A stretch of 64,000 bases of DNA from an uncultured delta proteobacterium (GCA_963785235.1 CAWAUM010000005.1:561143-625142), one strand, 5' to 3'; shown: positions 19,859-30,387, counted from the stretch's first letter. Made by a program: numbers and translations. The notes: generated by a model not told the origin, from the sequence alone.

Positions 19859-20326
19859 GATGGCCTCTCCCCCCTACATTTGAAAGCAACTATTTGGTCA
19901 AAGTATAATACATATTATACCATATGAAGCTAAAGGACAAATATCAAGATGTTAGCTAAATAAAGTCGATGAATAATAGGCGGCCTTACCTCCTTAAAAA
20001 CTTTTTCTCAAAACAGAGACCATGCAATAAGATGGGTGGTTCTAGAATGTCCCAGGACCAATGATCTACAAATAGAATCAACGGTTCCACGAGTTTTGAG
20101 AAACTGATGAGTTCGTGCCAGGTGCAACGCTTTTTGATTATTGAATATTTGTAACCATAATCTTCACCTATTTTCAATAGCCATGGCAAGAATCTCCCGA
20201 CTCATAAATATTTGATCAATCTGGAGCATTACATAGGTCATGAAAGGTCATTTTTCTTGTAATATTTCATTGCTAATATTTTCAAAATAGTTACGCTTTT
20301 GACTTTACAAGCCCCTAGGTATGTTA

Positions 20327-20360
20327 TATAGTTACGCTAATAGTTAATACCGTAACTATA
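20327..20360. other. 34-bp lox-like site (13-8-13) upstream of tyrosine recombinase
   Basis: TATAGTTACGCTA-ATAGTTAA-TACCGTAACTATA, arms 12/13 inverted match; extra half-site ATAGTTACGCT at 20287-20297. Confidence 0.6.
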
Positions 20361-20380
20361 ACGTGTTTTGGAGGTGCTTT

Positions 20381-20980
20381 GTGACTGCAAATAAATCACC
20401 AGCAAATAAGGGTAAAAAATATCCCCCGGAAGTCCTCTCTCCGGACGAGATCACTGTGCTACTAAAGACCCCTTCCAATAGGGCACCTACAGGAATCCGT
20501 AATCGAGCATTGCTTTATCTTGGTTACAGGGCAGGACTCAGATTATCAGAAGCCCTAGCTCTTTACCCCAAGGATGTAGAGACCGACACAGGCATTGTCC
20601 ATATTCTTCACGGCAAAGGAGGCAAGGCCCGTACTGTAGGCCTTCCCCCAGATGCCTGCATGGCTCTTGATCGATGGCTTGATAAGAGGACAAAGCTGAA
20701 GCTCAGCAACAAGGTGCCTATCTTCTGTACCCTGGATGGCGAGCCTATCAGTGATTCATATGTGAGGGCATTGATGAAGAGACTGCAGGAACGTGGAGGA
20801 ATAGACAAGAGGGTTCACTTCCATGGTCTACGACACACTTGTGCTTGGGAACTTGCCAAACAGGGTGTACCCATGCCTATAATCCAGAAGGCTCTTGGGC
20901 ATACATCCTTGCAGACTACGGACAGATATCTAAGTCATGTAGCACCCCATGATGTTATTGATGTAATGAGAAACAGATAG
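20381..20980 (+). CDS. Small tyrosine recombinase (catalytic domain only)
   Basis: RNRALL, GLRLSE, GKGGK, HGLRHT, LGHTS, TTDRY (R-K-H-R-H-Y); ~199 aa; GGAGGT RBS before GTG 20381. Confidence 0.93.
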   Translation: MTANKSPANKGKKYPPEVLSPDEITVLLKTPSNRAPTGIRNRALLYLGYRAGLRLSEALALYPKDVETDTGIVHILHGKGGKARTVGLPPDACMALDRWLDKRTKLKLSNKVPIFCTLDGEPISDSYVRALMKRLQERGGIDKRVHFHGLRHTCAWELAKQGVPMPIIQKALGHTSLQTTDRYLSHVAPHDVIDVMRNR

Positions 20981-21002
20981 CTATCCTGATGAGAGGGAAA
21001 GA

Positions 21003-21206
21003 ATGATTGGATTGAGATCTACTGATGGTGATCGGTCATTTCAGGTTTATGATGATGACATGCTTATTGGTCATATCCAGTTGCAGAGTGGTATGACAGG
21101 AGAGAAATATTTTGCATCGGTTGATAAGGATGGAGAAGAGGTTACAGCTGGGAAGGAGTTTAACAGCCCTAACGATGCTCTCAAGTGGATTGAGAACCAA
21201 AGATAA
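21003..21206 (+). CDS. Small hypothetical protein, paralog 1
   Basis: 67 aa, clearly similar to 21652-21858 (FQVY.DD.LIGHI, KY.AS.D..GEE, F.SP..AL.WIE). Confidence 0.75.
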   Translation: MIGLRSTDGDRSFQVYDDDMLIGHIQLQSGMTGEKYFASVDKDGEEVTAGKEFNSPNDALKWIENQR

Positions 21207-21651
21207 GACACTACCTACCCCACCTTTATTGTTAATCCATCTCTTACTGGTGACAATGATTAATGAGATGGCTTCATGAGACTCTTAAAGCCTGGATAAT
21301 CGTCACAGCAATATAGCAAGATCTTTGTGTCATCAATGGGTCGTTTGATGAGACATGCAGTGTGGGGCTTCACATCGTCAAGAAGTTACTGAAAGTTGTG
21401 ATGCCGGAGGTTCTGTCAGTTTTGGCAGTGCTCATTATCTCTGTGGGGACATATACAAGGTTTGAGAAGTTCAATCCACTTACCCTGCAACAATACCTCC
21501 TGATCTCTTATGTATGAACTGTCAAAACTGCCAAAACCTGAGAGACAGCATGCATCAAGATGGAGTATACTGGCTCTCTGTGTTCAGATATGTTAATATT
21601 CTAATGGCAATATGATCTGTAGGAGCTTCTTATACCTAAGGATAAAAACAA

Positions 21652-21858
21652 ATGATCGCATTGAGATCTTATGCAAGTGATGGTTCGGTGTTTCAAGTCT
21701 ACAATGATGACGAGCTCATTGGCCATATCCGCAGGCAAAGCAGCTTGCACGGCGATAAATATATGGCATCAATTGATATGAATGGTGAAGAAAAGAGCAC
21801 TGGTAAGATATTTGATAGTCCTGATGAGGCTCTTCGCTGGATTGAGATAAAGCGATAA
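21652..21858 (+). CDS. Small hypothetical protein, paralog 2
   Basis: 68 aa, paralog of 21003-21206. Confidence 0.75.
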   Translation: MIALRSYASDGSVFQVYNDDELIGHIRRQSSLHGDKYMASIDMNGEEKSTGKIFDSPDEALRWIEIKR

Positions 21859-22100
21859 ATCTTTTCTCTAGGCAACTTGATACCAGGGTCTGAGTAAAGA
21901 TTATGGTTTCAAATGTTCAGTAATCATAAACCATTGCAGATAACGAAATCTATGGTTTTGAAAATCCCAACTCAGTTCGTTGCCTTTGACACAGGATCAA
22001 CGAGTTATTAGCGATATTTTTTCAATAGTATTTCGTAACTTGCCATTCATACTGTACAGGAATAAGCTGTCGATAACGCAGCATATATGGAGGTGGTTTC

Positions 22101-22871
22101 ATGAAGATTCAACATGTCCGAAATGCATGCATGATCATTCATTACAATGAGCATAGAATTTTAGTAGATCCCTGCCTCAACTCAAAAGGCAGCTTGCCGC
22201 CATATACCCTTTTTCGTAAGAGGCCTAGGCTTAACCCCATTGTTGATTTACCCCCGAATGCGGAATCCATGTTGTCTAAAATAACATCCGGACTTATTAC
22301 ACATTGCCGTTATGGACATTTTGATCATCTTGATAAATCAGGAATTCGCCTGTTGGCGCAAAAACAAGTCCCTGTATATTGTAACTCCCTTGATGAACCG
22401 TCTCTGAGGCGACGCCACCTCAATACAATGCCCCTTACAATGAATCAGAGAAGTCAATTCCTCACGGGAAGTATTACCACCTTTCCTACTGCACATGGAC
22501 ACGGTTTAGAAGGTGTACTCATGAGACCCGGAGCAGGATATTTAATTGAACTGCCAGGGGATAAATCTATTTATATCAGTGGTGATACTGTTATGACTCA
22601 AACTGTCAAGCATGTACTCAATGACCTTCGGCCTGATATTTCCATATTAAATGCAGGAACAGCAATCCTTGATTTTGGAAGACCCATTCTTATGCCGCTC
22701 AATGAGCAGTTGGATTTTATAAGAACCGCACCAGGTAAGGTCATTGCCGTGCATCTGGATGCTTTTAATCATTGTTTAACAACTCGTGATATACTCAGAG
22801 ATGCTGTTTCAAAAGAAGGGTTGTCCAGCAAAGTGATGATCCCGGAAGATGGAGAATTAATAGAGTTATAA
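22101..22871 (+). CDS. MBL-fold metallo-hydrolase
   Basis: RNAC, ILVDP, THCRYGHFDHLD, AHGH, ISGDT, VHLDAFNHC. Confidence 0.88.
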   Translation: MKIQHVRNACMIIHYNEHRILVDPCLNSKGSLPPYTLFRKRPRLNPIVDLPPNAESMLSKITSGLITHCRYGHFDHLDKSGIRLLAQKQVPVYCNSLDEPSLRRRHLNTMPLTMNQRSQFLTGSITTFPTAHGHGLEGVLMRPGAGYLIELPGDKSIYISGDTVMTQTVKHVLNDLRPDISILNAGTAILDFGRPILMPLNEQLDFIRTAPGKVIAVHLDAFNHCLTTRDILRDAVSKEGLSSKVMIPEDGELIEL

Positions 22872-23394
22872 ACTTGGCTATCAAAGTACTCCAACGGACG
22901 TGGTGGTGGCGCATAGTTGAGATTTGGCTTCACCCCATATGACTATCTCTTCGATTTCATCTTGGTTTTGAGATGGCCGAAAACCGATGGTCTTGGTTTC
23001 AGATCTATGGTATTCAGGCTACAAGCTCAAAGTGTCAGCTCTGACATGAACTCATCTGTTTTTAAGGCCTCGTGGAACCAGCTATTTTTATTGCATAATC
23101 AATGGCTCATGATCTGAGTTTGGCGTCAGCAATTTATCAAATTAATCATCTTGGACAGCACGACCATCTTTGTGCGCACGTAAAAATTGATGTGCTCAAC
23201 CAGATTTAATCTACTAAACCGGGCGTCTGGCCCAGACGATCCCGCGCGATTCGCTGAACTGGCTGATGGTCATAGAACATCCCTTCTAATGATATGGACG
23301 TCTTGCCATACCCCTTTCCCCGCATAACGGCCATGATCTTAGCCGTCATGGTTGTTCGATCCCCTTCCGGGTTTCCTGCGCGTAGCGGACTCAC

Positions 23395-24391
23395 CTAGAT
23401 AGCCCTGTTCCTTCCCCTACCGAAGAAGTTCCTCACCTGCTCGGCAAAAGTCTCATAGGTCTCTTTCGTGGTATATCTGAATGTGTAGCCGGCATCCTTT
23501 ATCTTCTTGTTGCCGGCGAGCCATGGATATCTCATGAGCGCCATGGGACCGCTCGGGAACTCAGTCAGGAAAGAAAGATTCATCTTCCAGGCCAGGTCGG
23601 TGGCGGGGCTCAAGAGGAACGGCGGAAGAGGCAGATAGATCCCCCTGGTCATGGCGACCATCTCCTTGAAGGTCATGGTGTCGTCCCCGGCGAGGTTGAA
23701 GGCTCCGTTCAGGTTGTTGCTCAGAAGAAAATAGATGCTGTCGGCCACATCGTCCTCATGGACAAACTGGAATGGCTTCATGTCGCTTGGGAGCATGACG
23801 ATCTTCTTCATCAGGTGTCTGCCCAGAGGGTTTTTGTAGAAATGAGGGCCGCAGACAAAGCATGGCCTGATCACCGTGTAGTTCACCTCGGGATGTTTTT
23901 TACCTGAATTCCTTCACGATGGTGTTTTCAAGCAATGCCTTGTTCTTCCCGTACGATAAATCATCGTTGCCCCTTAAGGGGAGGTCTTCCGTAAGCAGTG
24001 CGGGATTGTCCCTGTGACTGCCATATGCCGTGGTTGAAGACATCTGCATGACATTCTTGATGCCGAGCTTTTCGCATGCATTATGAAAATTGATGGTGCC
24101 TTTCAGATCGATGTCATCAAGAAGGTTGTTATCATGAATAACGCTTATCACGAAGGCTGCATGGACTGCCCAGTCGATCTTGTACCTGGACATGACCGGG
24201 GTCATGTCATCGCGCACATCGTGCTTGATAAAGATCATCTTGTCCCGGTGGCAGGGGGGGTCAAAGATATCGATGCCGATGATTTCCCCGATGTCCTCCC
24301 GGCTGCTGAAGCGCTCCACGATCCTCTGCCCGACGTAGCCGGACACGCCAGTTATGAATACGTTCTTCTTTTCTTTTCGTTGCTCACACAT
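23395..24391 (-). pseudogene. NAD-dependent epimerase/dehydratase split by a 1-nt insertion near 23901
   Basis: ITGVSGYVG, SSTTAYG, YGKNK in the 5' part; RPCFVCGP, FVHEDDVA, FNLAG in the 3' part; removing one base gives KEFRKKHPEVNY. Confidence 0.8.
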
Positions 24392-24485
24392 GATATTCCT
24401 ACCTCCGGTTCACTGTTTATGCTGCTCATCTCAATCTTCCAGCCGAAGCCTCATTTTCTTAGAGCTTTCTAACTGGTCCTCATTC

Positions 24486-25325
24486 TCACAATGGGCTTGA
24501 CCACAAATTTAGGGAGGTATTCCGAGAGCCTGTGGGCGAGGAATTTACCACCATGTTCGAGAGATCGTGGGGCAGATATTTGACGATACCCAAGTGAGTG
24601 ATCTTGTTCAGTAGCCCGGGCACATACCGGGGTTTACCTTTCAGGAAGGCCGGAAAAGCCCCTTTGAGCATTTCATCCACATGCAGGTAACTGGTGAGAA
24701 TGGGGATGAAATCCAGGGGTATGCCCGCATCCTCCATGAGCGCCGTCCGGGTAAAGAGCGGGTTTATAGCTGAAATAACAACCCTGCTCCTTCGGGGAAG
24801 CTCCATCCGCATGGCCTCTGTGAAACTCTGCGTATATGCCTTGGTAGCAGCATATACGGACATCATGCGAACCGGCTGGAAGCAGGATGCCGAGGAAACG
24901 TTCAGTATGGCCCCTTCATTCCGCTCGATCATTTTGGGTAGGAAAAGCCTGCTCAGCTTCGTATATGCGATGACGTTGAGCAGAATCATCCTTTCCAGTT
25001 TGTCCATGGGCATGTCGGCTGTCTGGCCGAACCAGCAGATCCCCGCATTGTTCACCAGGGTATGGATTTCCCCGACAGATGCAATAACCTCTGCATGGAG
25101 CTTTTCCGGTCCATCGGGGGAGGTGAGGTCACCTTAGAAGGTCCAGACAGTAATGCCGTAGTCCTTCCGAAGTTCTTCTGCCAAACCCTCCAGCCGGTCT
25201 TTCTCCCCGGGAAGATCGGCCAGAACCAGATGCGCTCCTTCACGGGCGAAGCACAGGGACAAACCCTTGCCGATGCCCATGGAAGAGCCGGTTATGAGCA
25301 CTCTCTTTCCTTTATAGCTGATCAT
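24486..25325 (-). pseudogene. SDR oxidoreductase with in-frame TAA at 25134-25136
   Basis: TGSSMGIG in the 5' ORF; NNAG and YAATK in the same frame after the stop. Confidence 0.8.
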
Positions 25326-25402
25326 AGTTCTTCTCCTTATTTGATCTCTGAGTCGCTATGGCATCGCAAGTCCATGAGCTGCCCGGGAGGGCATACAATT
25401 TC

Positions 25403-25831
25403 TTATGCCTCCCTCTGAACTGTACCCTTAGCAACGTCCTTGGTCTTCACTAGGAAGAGTGCGTAAAGGATCGAGAATACGAAATCACCCAAACAAAGGA
25501 GCATCGCGAGAAGGGTAATGATCTTTTTGGGGAAATAGAAGAGCGCCGTGATGAAAACTGCCATCTTGCCTAGGATACCCATCCATACGATCCCCCTGTT
25601 CTTTTCAGGGTCTTGGGAGACAAAATAATAGCCGATGCCATAAACGAAGATGAGAGCCCAGGCCAGCCTGAGAGCAAAGGTTGTGGCCCCATAGGTGATC
25701 ACGGTTTTGAAACCGAAGACGAGCTTGTTTATGAACCCAGGCAGCAACAGGGCGCTGCCACCGATAGACAGGTTCCAGAGGGCGCCGATCAGAAACAGTT
25801 TCGAGTATTTTTCTTTTGTCAGCTGGTCCAT
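25403..25831 (-). CDS. Four-TM membrane protein
   Basis: Four hydrophobic segments, in operon. Confidence 0.75.
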   Translation of the reverse strand: MDQLTKEKYSKLFLIGALWNLSIGGSALLLPGFINKLVFGFKTVITYGATTFALRLAWALIFVYGIGYYFVSQDPEKNRGIVWMGILGKMAVFITALFYFPKKIITLLAMLLCLGDFVFSILYALFLVKTKDVAKGTVQREA

Positions 25832-25950
25832 GATAATCTCCTTTGATTGTTATTTCATGGTCCTGTATGATCTTACCTTCACCATACCTGCCTTCACTGA
25901 TGAAGTTCCTCTTATTCGTAATGAGCTCAATAGTCGCCAGCTAACTATTT

Positions 25951-27189
25951 TCAAACCTTCTCGAGGATATGAATGGTCATGGCTGCCTCTTCCACACCTA
26001 GATTCCCGCCTCCATTTTCCGTCAATCCAATGCGGGCTCCCTCGACCTGCCGTTTCCCAGCCTCTCCCCGGAGCTGCTCCACAACTTCGTGAATCTGAGC
26101 CAGGCCCGACGCACCGATGGGATGTCCTCTGCACTCCAGCCCGCCGCTGGTGTTTACCGGGATCCTGCCGCCCAGGGTTGTCACCCCGGTCTCCGCCAGT
26201 ATCCCACCCTCACCGATGGGACAGAAGCCCATAGCCTCACACTGGTGAAGTTCCCCATAGGCGGTCGCATCGTGAAGTTCCGCCAGATCGATGTCTTGCG
26301 GTCCTAACCCAGATATTTTATATGCCTTCTTGGAAAGTCGTTCTCCTATGTCCACACCATCAAGGCCCCTGTTTGTACCAGAACCCAACACCGATGCCCT
26401 GATCCTGACGGGTCTTGCATCTTTAAGTTTCTTGAGGAAGCCCTTGGAGCAGATGATGGCTGCAGCGGCACCGTCCCCCACAGGAGCGCACATGGGCACC
26501 GTAAGAGGATACGTGACCGGACGTGCATTCATGACCTCATCCACGCTCATAGTCTCCTGGTACTGGGCCTTTGGATTCAGCGAGCCGTGGAAGTGGTTCT
26601 TGGAACAGATAATAGCAAGTTGTTTCTTGGTGGACCCATATTTCTTCATGTGCCACCTGGCACCCATGGCATAGGCATCCATGAAAATACTCCTGCCCTC
26701 ACCTGGGGGTGTCTCGCCGTCTGGAACCTTAAAATCAAGATTTTTTGTGATTTCCTGAAACATGTTGATCTGCTTCTCAAAGTTCTCGACATCCATGCAG
26801 GTGGCATAAGAGCTTAGAGAAAGAGCCTTATTGGGATGAGTGATCTTCTCGGATCCAAGGGCAAGCACCACATCGTACATTCCTGCTCTGATGGCGGTAT
26901 ACCCCAGATGCATGGCCGTCGAGGCCCCAGCACACGCATTCTCGCAGTTGACGATAGGTATGCCCATCATCCCGGTGTCCCACAGCATAACTTCACCGCG
27001 TATGGAGTGCTGGTTGGAGAACATACCCCAGAACGTATTGGATACAAAAGCAGCCTGGACTGCATCTTTCTTCAATCCAGCGTCATTCAGGACAAGCTCC
27101 AAGGCCTCCTTGGCCATGCCTCTGACCGATCCGTCGAGGTACTTGCCGAACCGGATCATCCCAACTCCAATGATGTATACATCATTCAT
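25951..27189 (-). CDS. Thiolase, SCP-x/nonspecific lipid-transfer type
   Basis: NCENACAG, GDGAAA, ELHDA, NTSGG, GHPIGASG, ENGGG. Confidence 0.92.
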   Translation of the reverse strand: MNDVYIIGVGMIRFGKYLDGSVRGMAKEALELVLNDAGLKKDAVQAAFVSNTFWGMFSNQHSIRGEVMLWDTGMMGIPIVNCENACAGASTAMHLGYTAIRAGMYDVVLALGSEKITHPNKALSLSSYATCMDVENFEKQINMFQEITKNLDFKVPDGETPPGEGRSIFMDAYAMGARWHMKKYGSTKKQLAIICSKNHFHGSLNPKAQYQETMSVDEVMNARPVTYPLTVPMCAPVGDGAAAAIICSKGFLKKLKDARPVRIRASVLGSGTNRGLDGVDIGERLSKKAYKISGLGPQDIDLAELHDATAYGELHQCEAMGFCPIGEGGILAETGVTTLGGRIPVNTSGGLECRGHPIGASGLAQIHEVVEQLRGEAGKRQVEGARIGLTENGGGNLGVEEAAMTIHILEKV

Positions 27190-27333
27190 TCTCTTGCTCC
27201 TTTCAGTGCTTTTGTCTCCTTGGTTCTATTTGCTCCGAGCATCTAACTAATAAATGCATGGGTTTCTACCCCCATGCGAACCATGGAGGACACATGCCTT
27301 ATATGCCGCCACCCCGTCAGATTTCCTATGTCT

Positions 27334-28932
27334 TTAAAGCCTGTAGACGTTCGGGGCATCTTTGCGGAATTCATCCTTCAAGATGCGGTCGAGATTTTTT
27401 TCTGATGCCGATTTTGGAATCTCGTCTACCACCTGGATAAATGACGGTATTGAGTTCTTTTCAAGAGATGCTGACAGGGTCTTGGAGATCTTTTTTAAAT
27501 CCAGTGTTTGACCAGGGACTGGGACAACAGCAGCGACGATATCGCTCTCTCCCGGTGCACCGGATTCTGCCGGAATCCCGTAAACGCACACGTCAGTTAC
27601 TTCGGGCAGGTCTGCCAGAGCCTTTTCCACATACTCGGGCATGATGAAATCTCCGTGGCGCCTTAAGCCTCCGCCTTCCCTGAAGTCAAAGAAAAGCCAC
27701 CCTTCCTTATCCTTGTGACACATGTCTCCCGACCTCAAGACACCGCCCCGGGTTTTCTCCTCGGACGCCTTTGCCTTGCCTAGGTATTCAACTTCAGCCT
27801 TGCCCTGTTTCGGGACGACGATAAGTTCACCGATTTCACCGGGTTCGCACTCGGAATCGTCCTGGTGGACAATCTTAATATCCATGACCCCTTCTATGGG
27901 CTTCCCGAAAGAACCGATGGGTCCGACGCCCGGAGGATTATGTGCAAACCCTCCTTCCACTGCGGCATACCACTCATGGATCTTCACGTTGAACCGCTTT
28001 TCAAAATCCACCCAGATACTGAGTGGTGTTCCTGCACTGATAACCTTGCGGACTGGGTTATCTGCGTCATCAGGCTTCCTAGGCTCGCTATAGAGGCCCA
28101 TCATCATGCCGCCCAGCAACGAGAACGTGGTACAGCCGTGCTTCCGGCATATATCCCACAGCCTGCTCTTGGTGAACTTCCTACTGATGACCGAGGGGAT
28201 TGAGAGCATAATGGAGGGCACCATGGTTACGGCCTGGGCGTTCCCATGGGTAAGGGAAAGGCCGGTGTAAAGTTTGTCGTCGCTATTGTACTGCCAGATC
28301 ATCTCCGCCAACAGCTTGAACATGGGCCAGCGGTTGGCCTTGATGACAACACCCTTGGGGTCTCCGGTGGTACCTGATGTGTAAATAACCTCAAAGGCGG
28401 TGTTTATATCTCTGTTCCTGTCGTCAAACAATTGCACTTCAGGGCCTTTCAAAATCTCGTTCAGGGATGGGTATTGGGGCTGGAAAGGTTTTTCAAAACC
28501 CTCTTTGTAAACGACCCCGAGAACCTTCACTCCGGGCAGCCCATCAAGTGCCTTCTCAACATCCGGGGTAAACTCATTGGTAAAGATGATACCCTTGGAA
28601 TTGGAATCCTTGATCTGGTAGCTCAGCTTGCTACCCTTTGACCGTGGGTCTATGGGAACCACGACAGAACCGATCAGAGATGCAGCAAGCAGGGTATAGA
28701 GAAATTCCGGATGGTTGCGCATGACTAGACTAAACCGGTCTCCTTTTCCGATTCCCGCATCCTTAAGCACCTTTGCTACCTTGCAGCCGTTCAGGAACAG
28801 ATCACCATAGGTGACAACCTCTTCAGCAAAGTTTTCTCCGTTTTCAAAAATTGTTATAGGATAATCAGGCATCTTTTCAAACTTCGCTACGACTTCATCT
28901 GAAAACAGTCCGGCTACAAAATCTCCAGACAT
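27334..28932 (-). CDS. Acyl-CoA synthetase (CaiC-like)
   Basis: YTSGTTGDPKG, SFGKP, RSGD, IPKSASEK. Confidence 0.92.
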   Translation of the reverse strand: MSGDFVAGLFSDEVVAKFEKMPDYPITIFENGENFAEEVVTYGDLFLNGCKVAKVLKDAGIGKGDRFSLVMRNHPEFLYTLLAASLIGSVVVPIDPRSKGSKLSYQIKDSNSKGIIFTNEFTPDVEKALDGLPGVKVLGVVYKEGFEKPFQPQYPSLNEILKGPEVQLFDDRNRDINTAFEVIYTSGTTGDPKGVVIKANRWPMFKLLAEMIWQYNSDDKLYTGLSLTHGNAQAVTMVPSIMLSIPSVISRKFTKSRLWDICRKHGCTTFSLLGGMMMGLYSEPRKPDDADNPVRKVISAGTPLSIWVDFEKRFNVKIHEWYAAVEGGFAHNPPGVGPIGSFGKPIEGVMDIKIVHQDDSECEPGEIGELIVVPKQGKAEVEYLGKAKASEEKTRGGVLRSGDMCHKDKEGWLFFDFREGGGLRRHGDFIMPEYVEKALADLPEVTDVCVYGIPAESGAPGESDIVAAVVPVPGQTLDLKKISKTLSASLEKNSIPSFIQVVDEIPKSASEKNLDRILKDEFRKDAPNVYRL

Positions 28933-29111
28933 AATCCCTCCTTTTCATCTAGCTATTTTACAGACCCATGTTGAATGTACGATCAACCATCCAGGCCATC
29001 ATTTTCATTTGTTTCGGTATGTCCCTCTCCTTCGACCCATTCTCCCTTTAGGGCCTAGCAATCCCAGGCCCCGAAGGGAGGGAATCCATCATGCGTAGTT
29101 GTTGAGAGCTC

Positions 29112-30359
29112 TTAATAGGTCCGTGGATAGGTCTCGATAATTTTATGCCCAGCAGCGATGGCCAGGGTATCATTGGAGCCGTCCTCGATCAGTGTCGCCC
29201 GTGCATCCCTAAACAGCTTCTCGATGAGGTACTCCTTGGTCAGGCCATTCCCCCCGAAGATCTGGATAGCATCGTGGGTGTTCTGGAAGGCTGCATCGGT
29301 TCCTGTGACCTTAGCCATGATCGAGTATTCCTCAGCCGGGGTTGAGGTGTTCTGGTTGTAACCAAAGGCTGCCCGGGCCAAAAGGCGGCTCATTTCGACC
29401 CTGCGGAGCATGTGGAAAAGAGCCATCTTGACGTGGGTATACTCAATGAGCGGCTTGCCGCCCTGTATACGCTCTTTTGCGTAAGCAAGAGCCTCATCAA
29501 AGGCTGCCCGAGCGATGCCGGTACCTAAATTTGCCATAAAAGCGGTGGTTGCGGAAAGGACTATCTCAAGCATCGGTTCAAAGGAATCCGGGTCTGCAAT
29601 CATATAGTTCTTGGGTATGCGCACATTATCAAAGTAGATCTCGCCCTGGTTCAGGTCTCGCTGGCCCATCTTGTTGAGCGGTTTCCCTTTGGCCACTCCG
29701 GGAAGAGTCAAGGGCACAATGAAAATCCCGCTGCCGGCATGTCCCATGGATTGATCAACCATGGCAAACAACGCACAGTGAGTAGCGATCGTCGCTCCAG
29801 ATACCCATGCGGACTTCTGACCGTTGATTACCCATTCGTCTTTCACCAATTTCGCCGTAATATTGGATTTAATCTTTGGATCTCTGAAGCTGGGGTATCC
29901 AGCCATTAAGGTATCAGAGCCATGATCAGGTTCAGTGATGCCCCAACAGCCCCTGATGCTTGCATCCGTGCATTCGCAGTAGGGAACGAGGATGTCATTG
30001 ATCATGTCGTCTTCCGGGACAAGAGCTGCCGCAAACGCGTGAAAAGATGCAACTCCAAGTTGAACGGTAAGGCCGCTACTTCCCCAAGCCAGCTCTTCAA
30101 TTATTATCGATTGCTGAAGGGTTGTTGCACCCAGGCCTCCATACGTATCCGGCAGAAGTATGGTGTGATATTTCAGCTCATAGGCCTTTTTCATGAAATC
30201 CCAAAAGGGCGATCCAGGGGCAATGACCTCTTCCGGGGTCATTTCATCAAGTTTTTTGGCAATGGGGCGCATCACCTCTTTAGCAAATTTGTGGGTGGCC
30301 TCTTTTATGGCAATATCTTCATCGCTGAGATTAAAATCCAGATCTAAATAATTACTCAT
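29112..30359 (-). CDS. Acyl-CoA dehydrogenase
   Basis: GITEPDHGSD, INGQKSAWVS, KMGQR, QIFGGNG, EKLFRDAR. Confidence 0.95.
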   Translation of the reverse strand: MSNYLDLDFNLSDEDIAIKEATHKFAKEVMRPIAKKLDEMTPEEVIAPGSPFWDFMKKAYELKYHTILLPDTYGGLGATTLQQSIIIEELAWGSSGLTVQLGVASFHAFAAALVPEDDMINDILVPYCECTDASIRGCWGITEPDHGSDTLMAGYPSFRDPKIKSNITAKLVKDEWVINGQKSAWVSGATIATHCALFAMVDQSMGHAGSGIFIVPLTLPGVAKGKPLNKMGQRDLNQGEIYFDNVRIPKNYMIADPDSFEPMLEIVLSATTAFMANLGTGIARAAFDEALAYAKERIQGGKPLIEYTHVKMALFHMLRRVEMSRLLARAAFGYNQNTSTPAEEYSIMAKVTGTDAAFQNTHDAIQIFGGNGLTKEYLIEKLFRDARATLIEDGSNDTLAIAAGHKIIETYPRTY

Positions 30360-30387
30360 GCTTACCTCCCTTTTATTGAGAAATAAC

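Noticed and set aside
409-21993. Single complete 21.6-kb transposon bounded by TGTGTCA inverted ends
   Set aside because: No target duplication (GATAA vs GGATC), no matching transposase inside and a third internal copy; kept only as a repeat-family finding
2572-23200. Integron cassette array driven by the 20381 recombinase
   Set aside because: Genes lie on both strands, no convincing attC hairpins were seen, and the recombinase is too short and lacks the IntI-specific insertion
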